A DNA stretch of 64,000 nucleotides from Antechinus flavipes (taxonomy: Eukaryota): NCBI RefSeq assembly GCF_016432865.1, contig NC_067399.1:477834001-477898000 (forward strand). Direction: 5' to 3'. Numbering within the stretch: the first letter of the stretch is position 1; the number at the start of each line of letters is the position of its first letter. The position numbers and the translations under genes were made by a program. Shown here in pieces: positions 38,283 through 51,640 of this stretch. Under the pieces are notes generated by a model. That model searched no databases. It was given only the letters and a program-made list of their open reading frames with translations, and was not told where the DNA came from.

Positions 38283-39114
38283 AAAATATAATGTTCTGGA
38301 ATGTTTTATGATTTTCAAGTTTCTCTTAGATCTTCACCGGATTAGCTATAAAGTTAAGATAACTTGTCTTTAAACTGTATTTCTAAAATAATTAGCTGTG
38401 ATCCTGCCTGGAGAGGCTGCATTTCTGAAACAGGCTGGCCTCTACATGCTGTGGGGATGGGGGTGGCTAGTCCACTCTGAGCCCTGTCTCAGTCACGTAG
38501 TCTAAGGAGACTGCTGTTGTTTTGGGGCAGGGTGAACCTCTTATTTCTGAGTCCATCCAGCACAGAGACTAAAGCCAGGGAAAGCAGGATTAGAACAGAA
38601 CAGAAAGATAAAACTTCATTTTCCCCACTCTACCAGGAGCTTTGTATACCCCACACAGCTGTATATCTCTGTTTTTTTCTATTTAGAGATACACCTAGCA
38701 AACAGCACTTCATGCAATCATATAATCAAGATGCCAATTAAGACACTTGTATAAATCACATGCATAGCGATGGTCGGATTATTTTTGACTGTCAAACTGC
38801 AAATCAACACCGGCAACTCTCTTCTTGGGATTTAACCAGAGCCGAGTTTCAGCTCCCCTCCTTCTCCCCCCAGCCCAGTGAAAAAGAGTGGGGCCCCCGG
38901 GGAGCCAATCTGAAGCCAATCATGTCACTAGGGATATGGTTTCGAAACTGTTTGTGTCCCAGGAAGCCTTACCTTTCAAATTCACACACTTTCCCTTTCT
39001 GTCCCCTAATCAAACAGAGGTATGGAGGGGACCCAGAGTGGGTTCTGTGCCTGGGAAGTCAAGGTAGGGCTGACAAGGAATATTTGGGTATAGGTGATTT
39101 CTTTTGTAGAGCCC

Positions 39115-39277
39115 ATTGGAGAGAGAGAAAGAGAGAGAGAAAAACAGAGACAAAGACAGAGACAGACAGAGAGAGAAAGACAGACAGACACAGAGAGAGA
39201 TAGACAAACAGAGAGAAAGACAGACAGACACACAGAGAGATAGACAAACAGAAAGAGATAGAAAGACAGAAAGAGAT

Positions 39278-39353
<76 letters not shown>

Positions 39354-39355
39354 CT
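39115..39355. repeat. GA/GACA purine-rich microsatellite ending in a long (GA)n
   Basis: directly visible. Confidence 0.95.
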
Positions 39356-39699
39356 CTTACATACTCAGATTCCATTCAGCAGTAACCAGAGAAACTGACT
39401 TGTCACAGTGAACATCCCAGGACTGGCTAGAACCCTGTTTTTGCTCATTCTCTTCCTACTTCTCCTCTTCTCAACAAAACTACTTGAAAAAACCATCCAT
39501 GCTCAGAACCTTCTTTTCCTCTCTTTCAAATCCTTTGCAATCTAGCTGACAACCTTAATATTCAACAGTATTGCTTTCTCCAAAAAAAAGAAACCTTTTT
39601 AATGTGGATTTTAATTATCTTCTACTATACCCAAAAAAATTTCTCATTGTGTCCCTCTCCTTATTCTTTACAAAGAGATCCATCCCTCTTTTAAAAAAT

Positions 39700-40960
39700 T
39701 ACTTCAATATTTTTATTTTTCCTACTTACATGTAAAACAATTTGTTACATTTGTTTTCAAAACTTTGAATTCTAGATTTTCTCTCTTCTTCCCCACCATC
39801 CCATTGAGAAGACACATGTAAAGTTATGAAAAACATTTACATGAAAGTCTTTTGCAAAAAGAATTATATAACTATTCATCCCTTTCAATTAAAAAAAAAG
39901 GTCTTTAAATTTAACATATTGAAAAGGCCCACTGTTAAATGCTATATTCCATAAGCTACAATCTCCCACTTCACAAGAGAGCAGGTTGGGGAAAATAGTC
40001 TTGGTTGCTATAATTTCATAGCTTTCAGTCTTGATTATGTTTCTTCTGTTTATGTGTTTGTAATTATTATGGATTTTTCTCTGGTTCTGTTTATTTTGCT
40101 TTTCTGCAGTCCATCTAATTTCATACTTCTCTGTATTCCTTAAGTTCTTATTCTTAAAACACAGTAGTGTATTCTCTTACATTCATATACACACATCCAA
40201 TCCTCAACTGAAGGAAATCTGCTTCTAATATTTTGCTAATAATATTAATAAGTAGCATTCTTTTCAAGTGATTTCATTTGATCCTCACAACAACCCTGTA
40301 AGGTTAATTGTTACCTCCATTTTACAGATGAGAAAATTGAGGTTGAGTGAAATTACATGACTTGCCTGAAGTCACATAACTAGTAGCTGAAGTAACATTG
40401 AATTTCATCTTCCTAGTCTCTAAGTCCAATATTTATATCTACTACACAGACTAGCTGCCATAAAAATGTGCTGCTATAGCTATCTATATAGGACTTTTCA
40501 TTTTGTCAATGATCTCTTAAATGTCTAGAATCTTTAGATCAAAGGATATAGACATGTCAATCACTTTCTTTGCATAATTCCAAACAGCTTTCTAGAATGA
40601 TTTGGATGAATCATAGCTTTATTAAAGTATCAGTATGTCATACCTTTCTACAACATTTTCAACACTGATTTTTCATCTTTGTCATCTTTGACAACTTGCT
40701 TGCTATGAGGTAAAGTCTTGTGATTGTTTAGTTCTTCAATACTCATCATTAGCTATTTGAAGTTTTTTTTTTTTTTTTTTTTCTTCCCCCATGTGATTGT
40801 TGATACTTTCCAGTTCTTTGGAGAACTCTGTTAATATCTTTTGGCCACTTTTCTTTAGGACATGGCATTTGGTAATTTTCTGTTAATTTTTTACATATCA
40901 TGGATATCAGATACTCAACAGAAATATTTGATAACAAGATATTTTCCTTATTTAACTACT
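39700..40960 (-). mobile_element. old L1 3' portion with nested MIR (about 40235-40455)
   Basis: antisense 3' UTR/ORF2 (KWPKDINR..); MIR core tttgatcctcacaacaaccctg inside. Confidence 0.8.
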
Positions 40961-41039
40961 TTTTTTTCCTTATCATGTTTACATTAATCTATTCTTGTAA
41001 AATCTTTTCAACCTTGCCCTTCATCTATATAAAAGATTT

Positions 41040-41480
41040 TCATCTATATATTTTCAATTGTATTTAATTTTTTTGTTTTTATATCCATATTATATTCTTG
41101 TTCCTACTCAGTGAACCATTTCTTGTAACAAAGACCAAAAAAAAAAAAAAATAAAAAATATAGTAGATCAGGAAAACAATGAACACATCAACCATTTTGG
41201 ACAGTATGTAAAATACTCTATATCTGCTCACACATTTTCTCAGTTATTCTCTGAGACCAAGTTAGTATTATAATTATACAATGTTCAGTTTTGGTTTTAT
41301 ATTATTATTATTTATCTTATTATAGTTATTATTATCTTTTCCTACTTTTGCTTGCTTATTCTGTTTCAGTTCTTATAAGTCTTTCCATGTTTCTTTGAAT
41401 TCTTCCTATTTTTTGGTTCTTAATGCAAAATTACATTCCATTGCATTCATATCCTATAATTTGATTAGCTAGTTCCCAAT
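41040..41480 (-). mobile_element. old L1 3' end
   Basis: INWELANQIIGYECNGM matches the ORF2 terminal region. Confidence 0.7.
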
Positions 41481-41549
41481 TAATAAGTTTTGAATAGCTA
41501 TGAACCCAGAAAAATTGTACAGCGAAAATACTATATAGATGATCATGAC

Positions 41550-41550
<1 letters not shown>

Positions 41551-41586
<36 letters not shown>
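41551..41586. repeat. (ATC)12 microsatellite
   Basis: directly visible. Confidence 0.95.
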
Positions 41587-41587
<1 letters not shown>

Positions 41588-43829
41588 CTGATGTCATTAT
41601 TGTTTAATGGAAGATACAATGTGGTATTACAGTTGGTAATTTTGAAGCCTAGTATAAGTAGCACAATTCTTGTCTCTCAATTAATCATTGTGAAATGTGT
41701 TCAGAAATCAAGTTTGTGATTTTTCATGGGGAAAAAGGCAAGAGATAATTAAAACAAATACAGTTAAAGAAAGATGATGTTGCTTAAGAGCTGCTGAAGG
41801 AAAGTACATGTTAAAATTTTTCAACCTCCAAGTTTCAGTGATGAGGTACAAAGCCCAGCATATTGCCCCATCCCCACCCCTGTGCTGTCTATGAATATAA
41901 TCATTAAGCCTTAAAGGAGCAATTCTATTCCATTCAACATTTATTAAATACCCATTATGTTCAGGGAAGACACTGTGCACTACTGTTAAAAAGTAGTGCT
42001 TGGGGGCTTCAAGGTTGGAGACAAAAGGATGTTCACAGAGAGATAGAGGCACCAGCTGAAATTTCTTGTCAAAGTGTGTGTGACTCAAGGAAAACTACTT
42101 TCTTATTGTCATTCACAAATGACTAAAGGCCTGAGGTGCTTTGAGAAGGTATGGTATTTATCTGTCCTCCCCAGTTTCTTTTTTTTCAATCTTGGTCAAA
42201 GGGAAAAATCCAGAGTATTGGTCTAAAAATGATTTGGATTGGTTTCATTTATCTTGTTTAACGTTTTTCTTTTTTAAAAATAAAAATTCAGAACTTAACA
42301 AATGTATAAAAAAAGAACATTTCTACACAAAGTAGAAGAGAAAAAGAGGATTATATGTGAAACTGAAAATTTTTATCCTGTTCATCTTGCTTTTTAAAAA
42401 GTATATAATAAATTCAATATGTGATTTTCAAAGCTGCTCTGCTTGTCTGTTTCCTTCTGAACTTCCTTATCACTTAAAAAATCTCACTAACTCTCTTTTC
42501 TTTCTTTTCTTCTTCTTTTTTTTTTTTTATAAAGAAGGGATATTCTTTTCTTAGCTCTTCTTCTCTGTACCCCCTCCCAGCATTTAATTTCCATGATTAG
42601 AATATCTCTATCCACCTCTTGCCCCAATAATTACCCACTGCTACCAGCAAAACATTTTTGTGCATTAACCATCCCTATAGACAGGATCAAATACAACAAT
42701 TCTGAACTATGGGCCACAGCTCAGTAGCTATTCAAAAACACTAGAATGCTAGAAGAAAGCTTGGAGATGTTCATAATTCATATTCAATGAACCTAGAACT
42801 GGCCACAGATTCTGCCATAGAATCAATTCTCCTGGCATTTTATTTTATTTCAAAACATCTACCTTGCTCACTCAACAAACAGAAAGCTATGATAGCATTT
42901 CCCAGATATCTTATTTCTTAGAACAGGTCATACAGACATTGAATAGCAAACTTCTTTTGAGAAATAACGACTACAAGATGATAAAAATTGCTTCTAATTC
43001 ATCATGTAATAACGCATATTACTCTCTATGTGCCTCCGTTTCCTAAACTATAAAAGTATGAGTTTGGAGCAAATCAGTTTAAAGCTCTATTCTTTTTTAT
43101 TCTGTAACACAAACTCATTACTTCTTTAGCCTATGCCCAAGAGTAGAAAGGAAATGAATCAACAGGACCTTGTTTTTTTTTTTTTTTTCCAGTTAATCAG
43201 GTCACCCACCTAACAAAGACCTCAACAATGGAAAACTTTATCAATGAAGCAGTTTGGAGGAATTTCAGGAAAATCAAAAGGCTGAACAATCCCTCAGCTT
43301 CACACTTTAACTAACCCAGCTTAGAGAGAAAACAAAGACTTCCATACTTCTAGAGAGGAGAGCTTTTTCCTTCAGGAAAATGTGATGTCCAGAAAAGTTA
43401 ATTAGTTTCTTAAATCAGACAGCCCGGGACTGCCAGACCCAAGATGAAGAAGTTAGCCCCGGGTCTTCTTAATCTGTTCTATAACATGAACTAAGCTACC
43501 TTTTAGTGGTTATCTATTTCCCTTCTATCCGTACCCACTATTACAAGTAAAAATTTTTTAAAATGGAGGAGTCAAGGAGAGCTTTGGGGAGGTTGGCAAA
43601 TCTCCACCATTGTTTTCACAGGTCATTTGTCAAGATCCAGAAATGTCTTTCAGGATAACAATGTGGATAGTCCTTTAGAATATGTAGAACTTCCAGTCAG
43701 GCAGGAAGCAACCATTAGATTGGTCCACGGGGTTCTAAATCCCAGAGCTCTCTGGAGTTCCAGATCCTGAAATTGTGGGTCTCCCATCTCCAGTGCAAGC
43801 ACTGGCGGCTGAATTAGAGTGTACCGCTG

Positions 43830-43993
43830 NNNNNNNNNNNNNNNNNNNNNNNNNNNNNNNNNNNNNNNNNNNNNNNNNNNNNNNNNNNNNNNNNNNNNNN
43901 NNNNNNNNNNNNNNNNNNNNNNNNNNNNNNNNNNNNNNNNNNNNNNNNNNNNNNNNNNNNNNNNNNNNNNNNNNNNNNNNNNNNNNNNNNNNN
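43830..43993. other. assembly gap (164 N)
   Basis: N run. Confidence 1.
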
Positions 43994-44519
43994 TTTTCCT
44001 GGCTTGCAGTTACAGCACTTTATGAACAGAATGATTAAAAGGTAGGGGCCTCCTTCATTTCCCCCCCCCCCATTTTTCTTGGCACATTATGAAATTCCAA
44101 AGGATTTTTACAGTTCATTTTATGAAGATGAAAGGTGATTTGAAAGAAAATTAAGAAATTATCGGGGAATGTAAATGTGACTACAATTCAGCTTTTAAAA
44201 ATCCTTTAATCTTGTCATGATTAAAAGGATTTTTCCCCCTACATTGTTTCCTCTTTGGACATGTATAAGAAGACAAAAGTTGAATTTATATCTTAAAATT
44301 TGCAAATAATTTTGGAATTTGATTTTATGGATTCATATAGTAGTTCCATATTTTTAAGACCTGCACTAAGGCAGTTACATTGTGGAGCTTTTAGTCAAAG
44401 GATTTCCCCATAACAGTCTTTCTTAATACCACACACAAAAGATCAAGCTAATTATCTCCTTTGGACAAGGCGCAGAGGTACTGAATCTATGAAGGTATTT
44501 TCAGAAATTCAGAATTCTG

Positions 44520-44930
44520 AGGATCATGGAGTTGGATGATAATGCTTTTAGAGCTGGAAGAAATTTTGAAGGCCATCTGGTCAAACATTTTCATTTTGCA
44601 GATTAGGAACTGAGGCCCAGAGAAGTTTGCCAATTAATCAATCCAACAAAAAACTTTTATTAAATGCCTACTATGCACCGGGCACTGTGTTAGGCTGCAA
44701 TTTATAAGTACCATAGATGGAACAATTTCTACTGGCTAGTAGCTTACATTATAATCGGGGAGTCATTACACAAGTATATACATTAAAAATATAAAATAAA
44801 CACACACAAATATATCCACAGTTAAAGTAGAAGATAGCTTAAGTGATTTGTTCAAGATCACATAGATGGTAAATAGCAGATAGTATTTGATCTCAATTCC
44901 TCCGACTCAAATCCAGGCTTCTTCTTTAGG
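44520..44930 (-). mobile_element. MIR3 / L2 3' end / MIR cluster
   Basis: tagagctggaag..ccatctggtc; tttattaaatgcctactatgcaccgggcactgtg; aagatcacatagatggtaaat. Confidence 0.7.
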
Positions 44931-47900
44931 AAGAAAAATTTTAAAAAGCTCTAAGTCTCCACTAAAATCTGATGAAGCCTTTTATCCTAAATAACTCAAA
45001 AAGCTCAGAACAACCGTGACACAAACAATTGACACTACAGATCTCATACTGACTCCAGGCATCTGATTAGGTAGAATACTAGGACAGTGTAAACACTTAG
45101 ACAAGGTGAACAAATGGCTTGTATTGCTCTAGGACTCACTCATCAGCTATAAGGCAGCCAGACACCACAGGCCTTTCAATAGATTTGCATATGGGCAGGA
45201 CAAAGAAATCAGATGTCACCCCAGAGAGATATCCTATTTTATCTAGAACTAATTCCATGAGGATGGTGGAGGAGGGAGGAGTTGAGAGGAGGATCCTTCA
45301 GTGATGTGCCAGCAAGGGCCACACTTTCCTTTTCCATGGTAAATTAGTTTCTCATTTTAACTTCTCCAAGGAAATGATGATAAAGAAGACAAAAGGCACA
45401 GGCTTCCACTTATTCCCTTTTCTGGCATTTCTTAACTTTCTTTTATTGTGGAAAAGAAAGTAATATATGACAAAGTTCATTTGATAAAATGACAAATAAA
45501 GGTAAACCTCAGAGCTTAGGGATTGGGGAAAATGGGAGGACTGATAAAGAATTATATATTTCATAGCTAATGACTTCTAATACCCACCCACCTACATAGG
45601 ACTTTGGGAAATAGTTATTTATTTCTTTTAAGATTTTCTTAATATTTGCCTTCAATAAGAACTCGTGACAAATGAATATAATCAAACAACCCAAATAAGC
45701 ATTTTGGATGTGTCTGAAAATAGAAGGCATCTGAAGTTTTTAGTCCATTTTAAGCTTTAATATCTTCAAAAGCACAAAAACTTCAAAATAAACTTAAAAT
45801 CATTTAGAAGTTAATTATGCATATTGAATTTATACCTACTATACACTTTAACTGTAATTTCAACTAACCTTTCTAGTTATTATATTGTTTGGTGACACTT
45901 TCCAGAGAACACTTTCTCACATTGGTGGATAAATAGATGAGGTTCTCTTGTTTGGACACCTCAGTCATATGATCTATCTCCATTAGACTTATTCTTGTGG
46001 AGTTTCTGTTAAAACTTCCATGTCTAACCTCATTTTTTGGGTGATCTTAGGGATAAGACTACTAATGAAATCCTTTCAATCACTGAGTAACAAATGATAA
46101 ACATTTTTACAAAGTTTGAAAACCAACGAGAGCAATTGTATAGCCAAAATAGTTATGTTAAATTTTAATAAGAAATGCATCAATATTTTAAAAATTTTAA
46201 TAATTAACCTTTCAAAAGATTTTTTTCCCATAAATCTGTAGCATTTATACTTCTCAAGTAAAACTACACTAAGAACTTGAGGAATATACATATATATGCA
46301 TACAGAATGTATATACTAGTTTGTGTATGTGCATCTATGTGGATTATACATATATGTACCTCTGATCTATAACTTCTCTACTCAAAAGATGGTAAATATG
46401 TTTCATAATCAGTTTGGTCACTGAGTTGATCAGAATTCTAAAGTCTTTCAAAGTTCTTTTCTGGAGTAGATATTTATTCTTGAAAAGTTTTAATGATCCA
46501 ATGTAGTTCTAGCTTCAGAATGATCTTCACCTGAGATTCTAGTTTCAGAAAAAGGAACCCTAAATTCCAAATTTAACTCTTATCACTAAGTAGTTTAGGT
46601 AAATCACTTTGGATCTTAGATAAGTCCAGTCTCTCTCCTAGAGTCAGTGTCCTCAATCCTTAAATAAGAAAGTTGATTTAAATGATTTCTAAAATTCCGA
46701 GTTCTAAGATGTATTTGGGGATAAGTATACTTTCTTTTGAACTGTCTAATCTATACACACATTTAGCTAACGTAACTTCCTTCAACCAGTAGCAGATAGC
46801 CTTCATTTTTGGCATGGCTCCTAGAAATGAATGATCTCACTCCACTGTCCTCTCACTTCTCAGCAGAACTGATACTATGGTATCAGAGCTGCTGATTGGC
46901 TGATGACACTATGGCATCCGGGTAAGGTCTGTCCCTTCTCCTGGAGGCATCACTATGGTATATCAAAGTCACACTTATCTTGCAATTTTAACACTTCCTC
47001 TCTACATTTCAGCACTAAGCTCTTAGCAATCATAGGGTGAGGTTGGTGAAATATTAAAGACCAAGGAGCCATGAGCTAAAATGTAACCTAAAATTCTAAA
47101 AAAACTATGTACATGTATGTATGTAAAATTATGTCATCAATATATCCAAAAACTATGTGTGTATATATATGTCAAGGGAAAATAAAATACATAGAAAATC
47201 ATCAGATTAGTAAATTATGTTTTGGTTATCACTTCAGTTCTCAATCTGATGACTTTTTTTATTTCACTATTTCTCAATTCACTGTTCATCAAATGGATGC
47301 TTTTCTATTTTCATTTTTTAAAAAGCAAAATGTTAGCATTGAAGACTAGGGAATAAAATCGGGCACAACTGATCACTTTTCTATGTTTAGCAAACACAAG
47401 TTTGTTCTACTAATCCCAACCATTGCTGGCAGCAGAAACTACTGCAGTGCTCGAAAATTTGATGATTATTGATGAAGTTATCCAGCACATGTATCAAGAA
47501 GAAAAAGGAAAAGAGAGTATCATGGCTCTCATGTCATAAAATGATTTCCCTGGAAAAGTCAGTGGACTGGGACCATATAGAATTCTTCATGTAGTTGAAC
47601 CCAATAAATTGTCATTACTCACAAAAACTGCTTTCCTTGAAAGGGTCATGTAGTCATTTTTAGATGCCCCAGGCCTGTGATCAACTTCTCACCTTCCTTT
47701 TTCCTTCTCTAGTATCTTTCCCATTGTATTGGGGTTTTGTCTTGATAATTTCCACAAAGTGTGAATTAAACTCTGTCCTGTGGGTAGCAAGTGCCCTTAC
47801 ATGGACAGGCCAGGGATATGAGAAGTGGCAGACCTACTACTTTAAAAATATTACCAGCATCAGAATCACACCATATTCCCTGACTACCCTCAATCTTACA

Positions 47901-48089
47901 AACCTTGATCCTTTCAGGAGACCAAAGTGTGCCTTTATAGCAACTTCCTGTTCCCTCCCTGGATGTGAAGGGGAATTTAAAATATTTTTCAAGATGTCTG
48001 GGCAGTTCTTTTCAGAAAAGAATCAGGCCTTGATTTTTAAGGGGATTTTTAGTGATTTGGGAGACTTGCAACATAGATAAAGGATCAGA

Positions 48090-48310
48090 AGTGCTAACCT
48101 TTTATATTGTGTAAGTATGTGCCATGGAAAGCTAGTGGATTCTATGGATTTCTTCTCAAAATGTTTTTAAATGCACAAAATAAAATACATAGGATTATAA
48201 AGGAAACCAATTTTGTCAAAATATTTAAAGTTCCAAGTTCACCTACCTCTCTATAATCAACTGATGAGCCTTTAAGGGGTCATTAGAACCTAAGTGAAGA
48301 ATATAAGCAG
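48090..48310. mobile_element. decayed hAT-Charlie (MER5-like) MITE
   Basis: tgtttttaaatgcacaaaataaaatacataggattataaaggaaaccaa internal motif; TIRs decayed. Confidence 0.65.
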
Positions 48311-48824
48311 GGTATAAACATGATTTGCTTCAATACTTTTAGAGAAGGAAAGGAAAGAATGAAGCCTTAGTGCAGGTTTTAGTTATTAAAGCGGGGTAAC
48401 ACTCTGTATGATTTTAAAGAAACGCAAGACTCAATTGCTGTGTATGGCCACACAAGTGAATAAGGTCATCAGAAACCTAATTTTAATTTTGAAGGACTGG
48501 GGGGAGATGGGTTCCATAAACATATCTTAATGTGATTCTCCTTTATTCCTTTCTAAAGGACAGATCCATTTACTTCAACTTCCTTACTCAGCAAAATGTA
48601 GTCAGAATTCCAGTTTGGAAGATGAACCAGAAATCTGAAGAGGGGTGGGGTCACCAAACCAAACCTCAAAATTCCCCAAGAGCCTACATCAAAATAACTA
48701 GTTTTAAATTCAGGTCAATTCTTCCAATAATAAAAACAAATGTTCTTAGTAATATTAATCTCCCTGAAAATGATCACCCTCTACCTCTATATTTGTCATG
48801 CTTTATGTCTCCCAATCATGTCAG

Positions 48825-48949
48825 AAACATTTTGCTTTTTTGCACCCTTTTTAGGGACAGAAGGAAATGTTCCTTGGGACCAAATCGTGTTAAACATTTT
48901 GCTTTTTCGCGCCCTTTTTAGGGACTGAAGGAAATGTTCCTTGGGACCA
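48825..48949. repeat. 58-bp direct duplication, period 67
   Basis: 48825-48882 vs 48892-48949, 3 mismatches. Confidence 0.95.
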
Positions 48950-49011
48950 GAGTTTATATCTCAGCCAGTGGATAAACATATTCTGCATTTCCCCTAACTC
49001 TGCTACTTTTC

Positions 49012-49378
49012 ATGCAAAAGGGACTACAGGCAGGAGGCTCCCTTGCGCAGTCTGGACTCCCCTCACTCCGGCCAGAAGAGCACCTATCAAAGGCTCAAAG
49101 GCACAAAGAGTTAAATGAACCAGCACTGTCCCCTCTCGACGCTAACCCCGAGCCCTTTCCTCTCCCCTGGTCTCCTCTCCGTGGGCTCGGGGTGATTAAT
49201 GGTGTGATCCATTCCTGTAGGGAGTTGACAGTCACTCTCATTTTCTTGTATTTTTCTCCCTCTCACTGCCAAGGTCACAAGTAAGAAGGCTCCTCCAAGT
49301 TCTCTCCACCCGTCCTCCTTCACCCTCGCTCCGCCGCGGCCTCATGAATCATTCCGTCTGCACATTGAACTCCTGATG
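49012..49378. promoter_or_regulatory. CpG-enriched unique block truncated by a gap
   Basis: about 13 CpG in 370 bp, rising toward the gap (ctcgctccgccgcggcc). Confidence 0.4.
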
Positions 49379-49582
49379 NNNNNNNNNNNNNNNNNNNNNN
49401 NNNNNNNNNNNNNNNNNNNNNNNNNNNNNNNNNNNNNNNNNNNNNNNNNNNNNNNNNNNNNNNNNNNNNNNNNNNNNNNNNNNNNNNNNNNNNNNNNNNN
49501 NNNNNNNNNNNNNNNNNNNNNNNNNNNNNNNNNNNNNNNNNNNNNNNNNNNNNNNNNNNNNNNNNNNNNNNNNNNNNNNNNN
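49379..49582. other. assembly gap (204 N)
   Basis: N run. Confidence 1.
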
Positions 49583-50739
49583 TGTCACCCAGGCTGCTGG
49601 ATTCAGTGTTGGAGGAGGGCGTCTGTCCTAATTGCTGTTATTTCACAGAGAAGGTGTAATTCTAGCTGATGTGTTTTAAGGATTTTAGCCCTAAAATCGG
49701 GTTGGATAAACATTTCCTCTGGGGCTTTTATTTTATTTTTTTCCAAATTGCACCATTTCTCCAGTGAGCTGGTTTCCATTTGGGAGGAAAGGGTGGCCCA
49801 CTAATTTGACTTTTTCCCCATGCATTTTGTTAATTAAATACATAACATCCTGGCAGCATTATAAAATATTGAAGCAAATTGACAAGTGTGTACCATTTCT
49901 CTTCCTAATATTTTTGGAGTAAAATTCAGTGCCCGCGGGCAAAAGGCAGAAGCTGTAGCAACCTTATACTTTGAAGGAGGAAGCTGGGCAAATTTCACCC
50001 CAAATGCAGAGCTCAGCCTACAGGAGCATGTATTTTGACTGGAGTGAATGGGGGTGTGAGAGAAAGTGGGGTTCTAATTCCCTATATGCCATTAAGCCCT
50101 GAGACTTCTCTACTCTTCCCCCACCAAACCTTTAGCAAATGTCCGTGGAAGATATCACCCTGTTCTCTAGACATAGTCCCTGTCTCAGATAGAAATGAAA
50201 GACAGTCTTGGGAGAATTGGGTCTTTTGAGATTGCCTGATTCAGAACACATAGCAAATGCTATCAATTTAGAAGAAAATAAAAATAGTGAAAAATAATAC
50301 TTTTTTCAAAAAAAAAAAAAAAAAAAAAGAAGTCTAAGGACAAGACAAATGTTGCCAACTGAGAGACAACACATCAGTAGCAAGAACTGGAGTTCCACAA
50401 GCATGGCTCCCAACCTGTTATAAATGAAGGTAGAATTGGTTTCCCCTACCAAGATACCCACGACTGTAAAAGCTACGCAGGAGACCATGAAATGTAAGTT
50501 TCACCTAGAAACTGAGCTTTATATTAGTTACTGTTTGTCCATATAATTCTCAGGTCATACAGTGCCATCCCTGAGCTCAAAGAAACTTTGAGAACTTATT
50601 TAGCATGTCTTATTTGAAGGCAATATGGGCCTAAACCAACTCAGAAAAATATTAAACACTGAGTAATTCTCAAACCTGTCTTTATATCAGGAATACTTAA
50701 CTAGAGGTTTCTGATAATTTTTAGTATGTTAATCACTTT

Positions 50740-51640
50740 TTCTTTTCTAAATACATTTTTACTAATATCTTTTTGTACCCAATAGTTTGAGTATTCCTCC
50801 CTTTCTTCCTCTCAGAAAGATATGCCATATGACAAATAGTATTTTTAAGGCAAAAAAGAATTTAAAAAATAGTAACACTGATAAATATATTGAAAAAGAT
50901 TGAAAATATTTGTAATATGTAATACTTACTGTCCTTCTATTGTCCTTCTACCCCTATAAAGGGTTAGGTCAAGAGTATCTTCTTTTGAACCATGCTTATC
51001 ATTTATAATTTTTCAACATTCCATTTTGATTGTGTCTGTTCTTTCTATTCACATTGCTGTAGTCATCTTTCTAGGCTTCTCTGAATTTATCTCATTGGTT
51101 ATTTCTTACTGTATAATAGCAATCCATTATAGTTGTGTACCACAATTTGTTGAGCCATTCCCCAATCTATAGATATCTCTTTTATTTCTAATTCTTTGCT
51201 ATCATAAAAAGTGCTGTCACAAATTACTTTTCATTATTGTTGAATAATTTTGGTTGTGTCTAGCTCTTGGGAATCCCATTTGGAGTTTTCTTGGTTTGAC
51301 ATTTCCTTCTTAAATGTATTTTGCAGATGAGAAAACTGAGGCAAGCCGTGTTAAGCTATTTGCCAGGATCACATACCTAGGAAGAGTCTGAAGCTGGATT
51401 TGAATCCAGATTTTCCTGAATTCTATTGTGCCATCTAAGTTCTGCTACTATAAATATATTGAAGTGTATGGGAACTTTCTGTTATCAATAGTTCCCTTGG
51501 GATGAAAGCCTAGTAATGGAATCTCTAGGCCACAGGCCATAAATATTTTAATCATTTTATTTGCATAATTCCAAAATTAGTTTCAAAATGGTTATACTGA
51601 CTCATAGCTCCATCAACAGGTTTTGATAACTATATTTCAA
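50740..51640 (-). mobile_element. old L1 3' end with nested MAR1 (about 51240-51440)
   Basis: cacaatttgttgagccattccccaat; MAR1 ccatttggagttttcttgg inside; L1 resumes at gctactataaat. Confidence 0.75.

Noticed and set aside
38760-39385. 147-aa and several overlapping ORFs
   Set aside because: Kept open by the GA/GACA microsatellite (RE/LS repeats).
46874-46961. Three actatgg(t/c)at copies
   Set aside because: Short, irregular spacing (34 and 44 bp); no function assignable.
47664-48080. 138-aa ORF
   Set aside because: No recognisable domain or codon bias, TTG-type chance composition, and no supporting splice structure.
50306-50488. Hydrophobic 60-aa minus ORF resembling a membrane segment
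   Set aside because: Ends in a poly(T)-encoded F run; no family recognised; probably chance.
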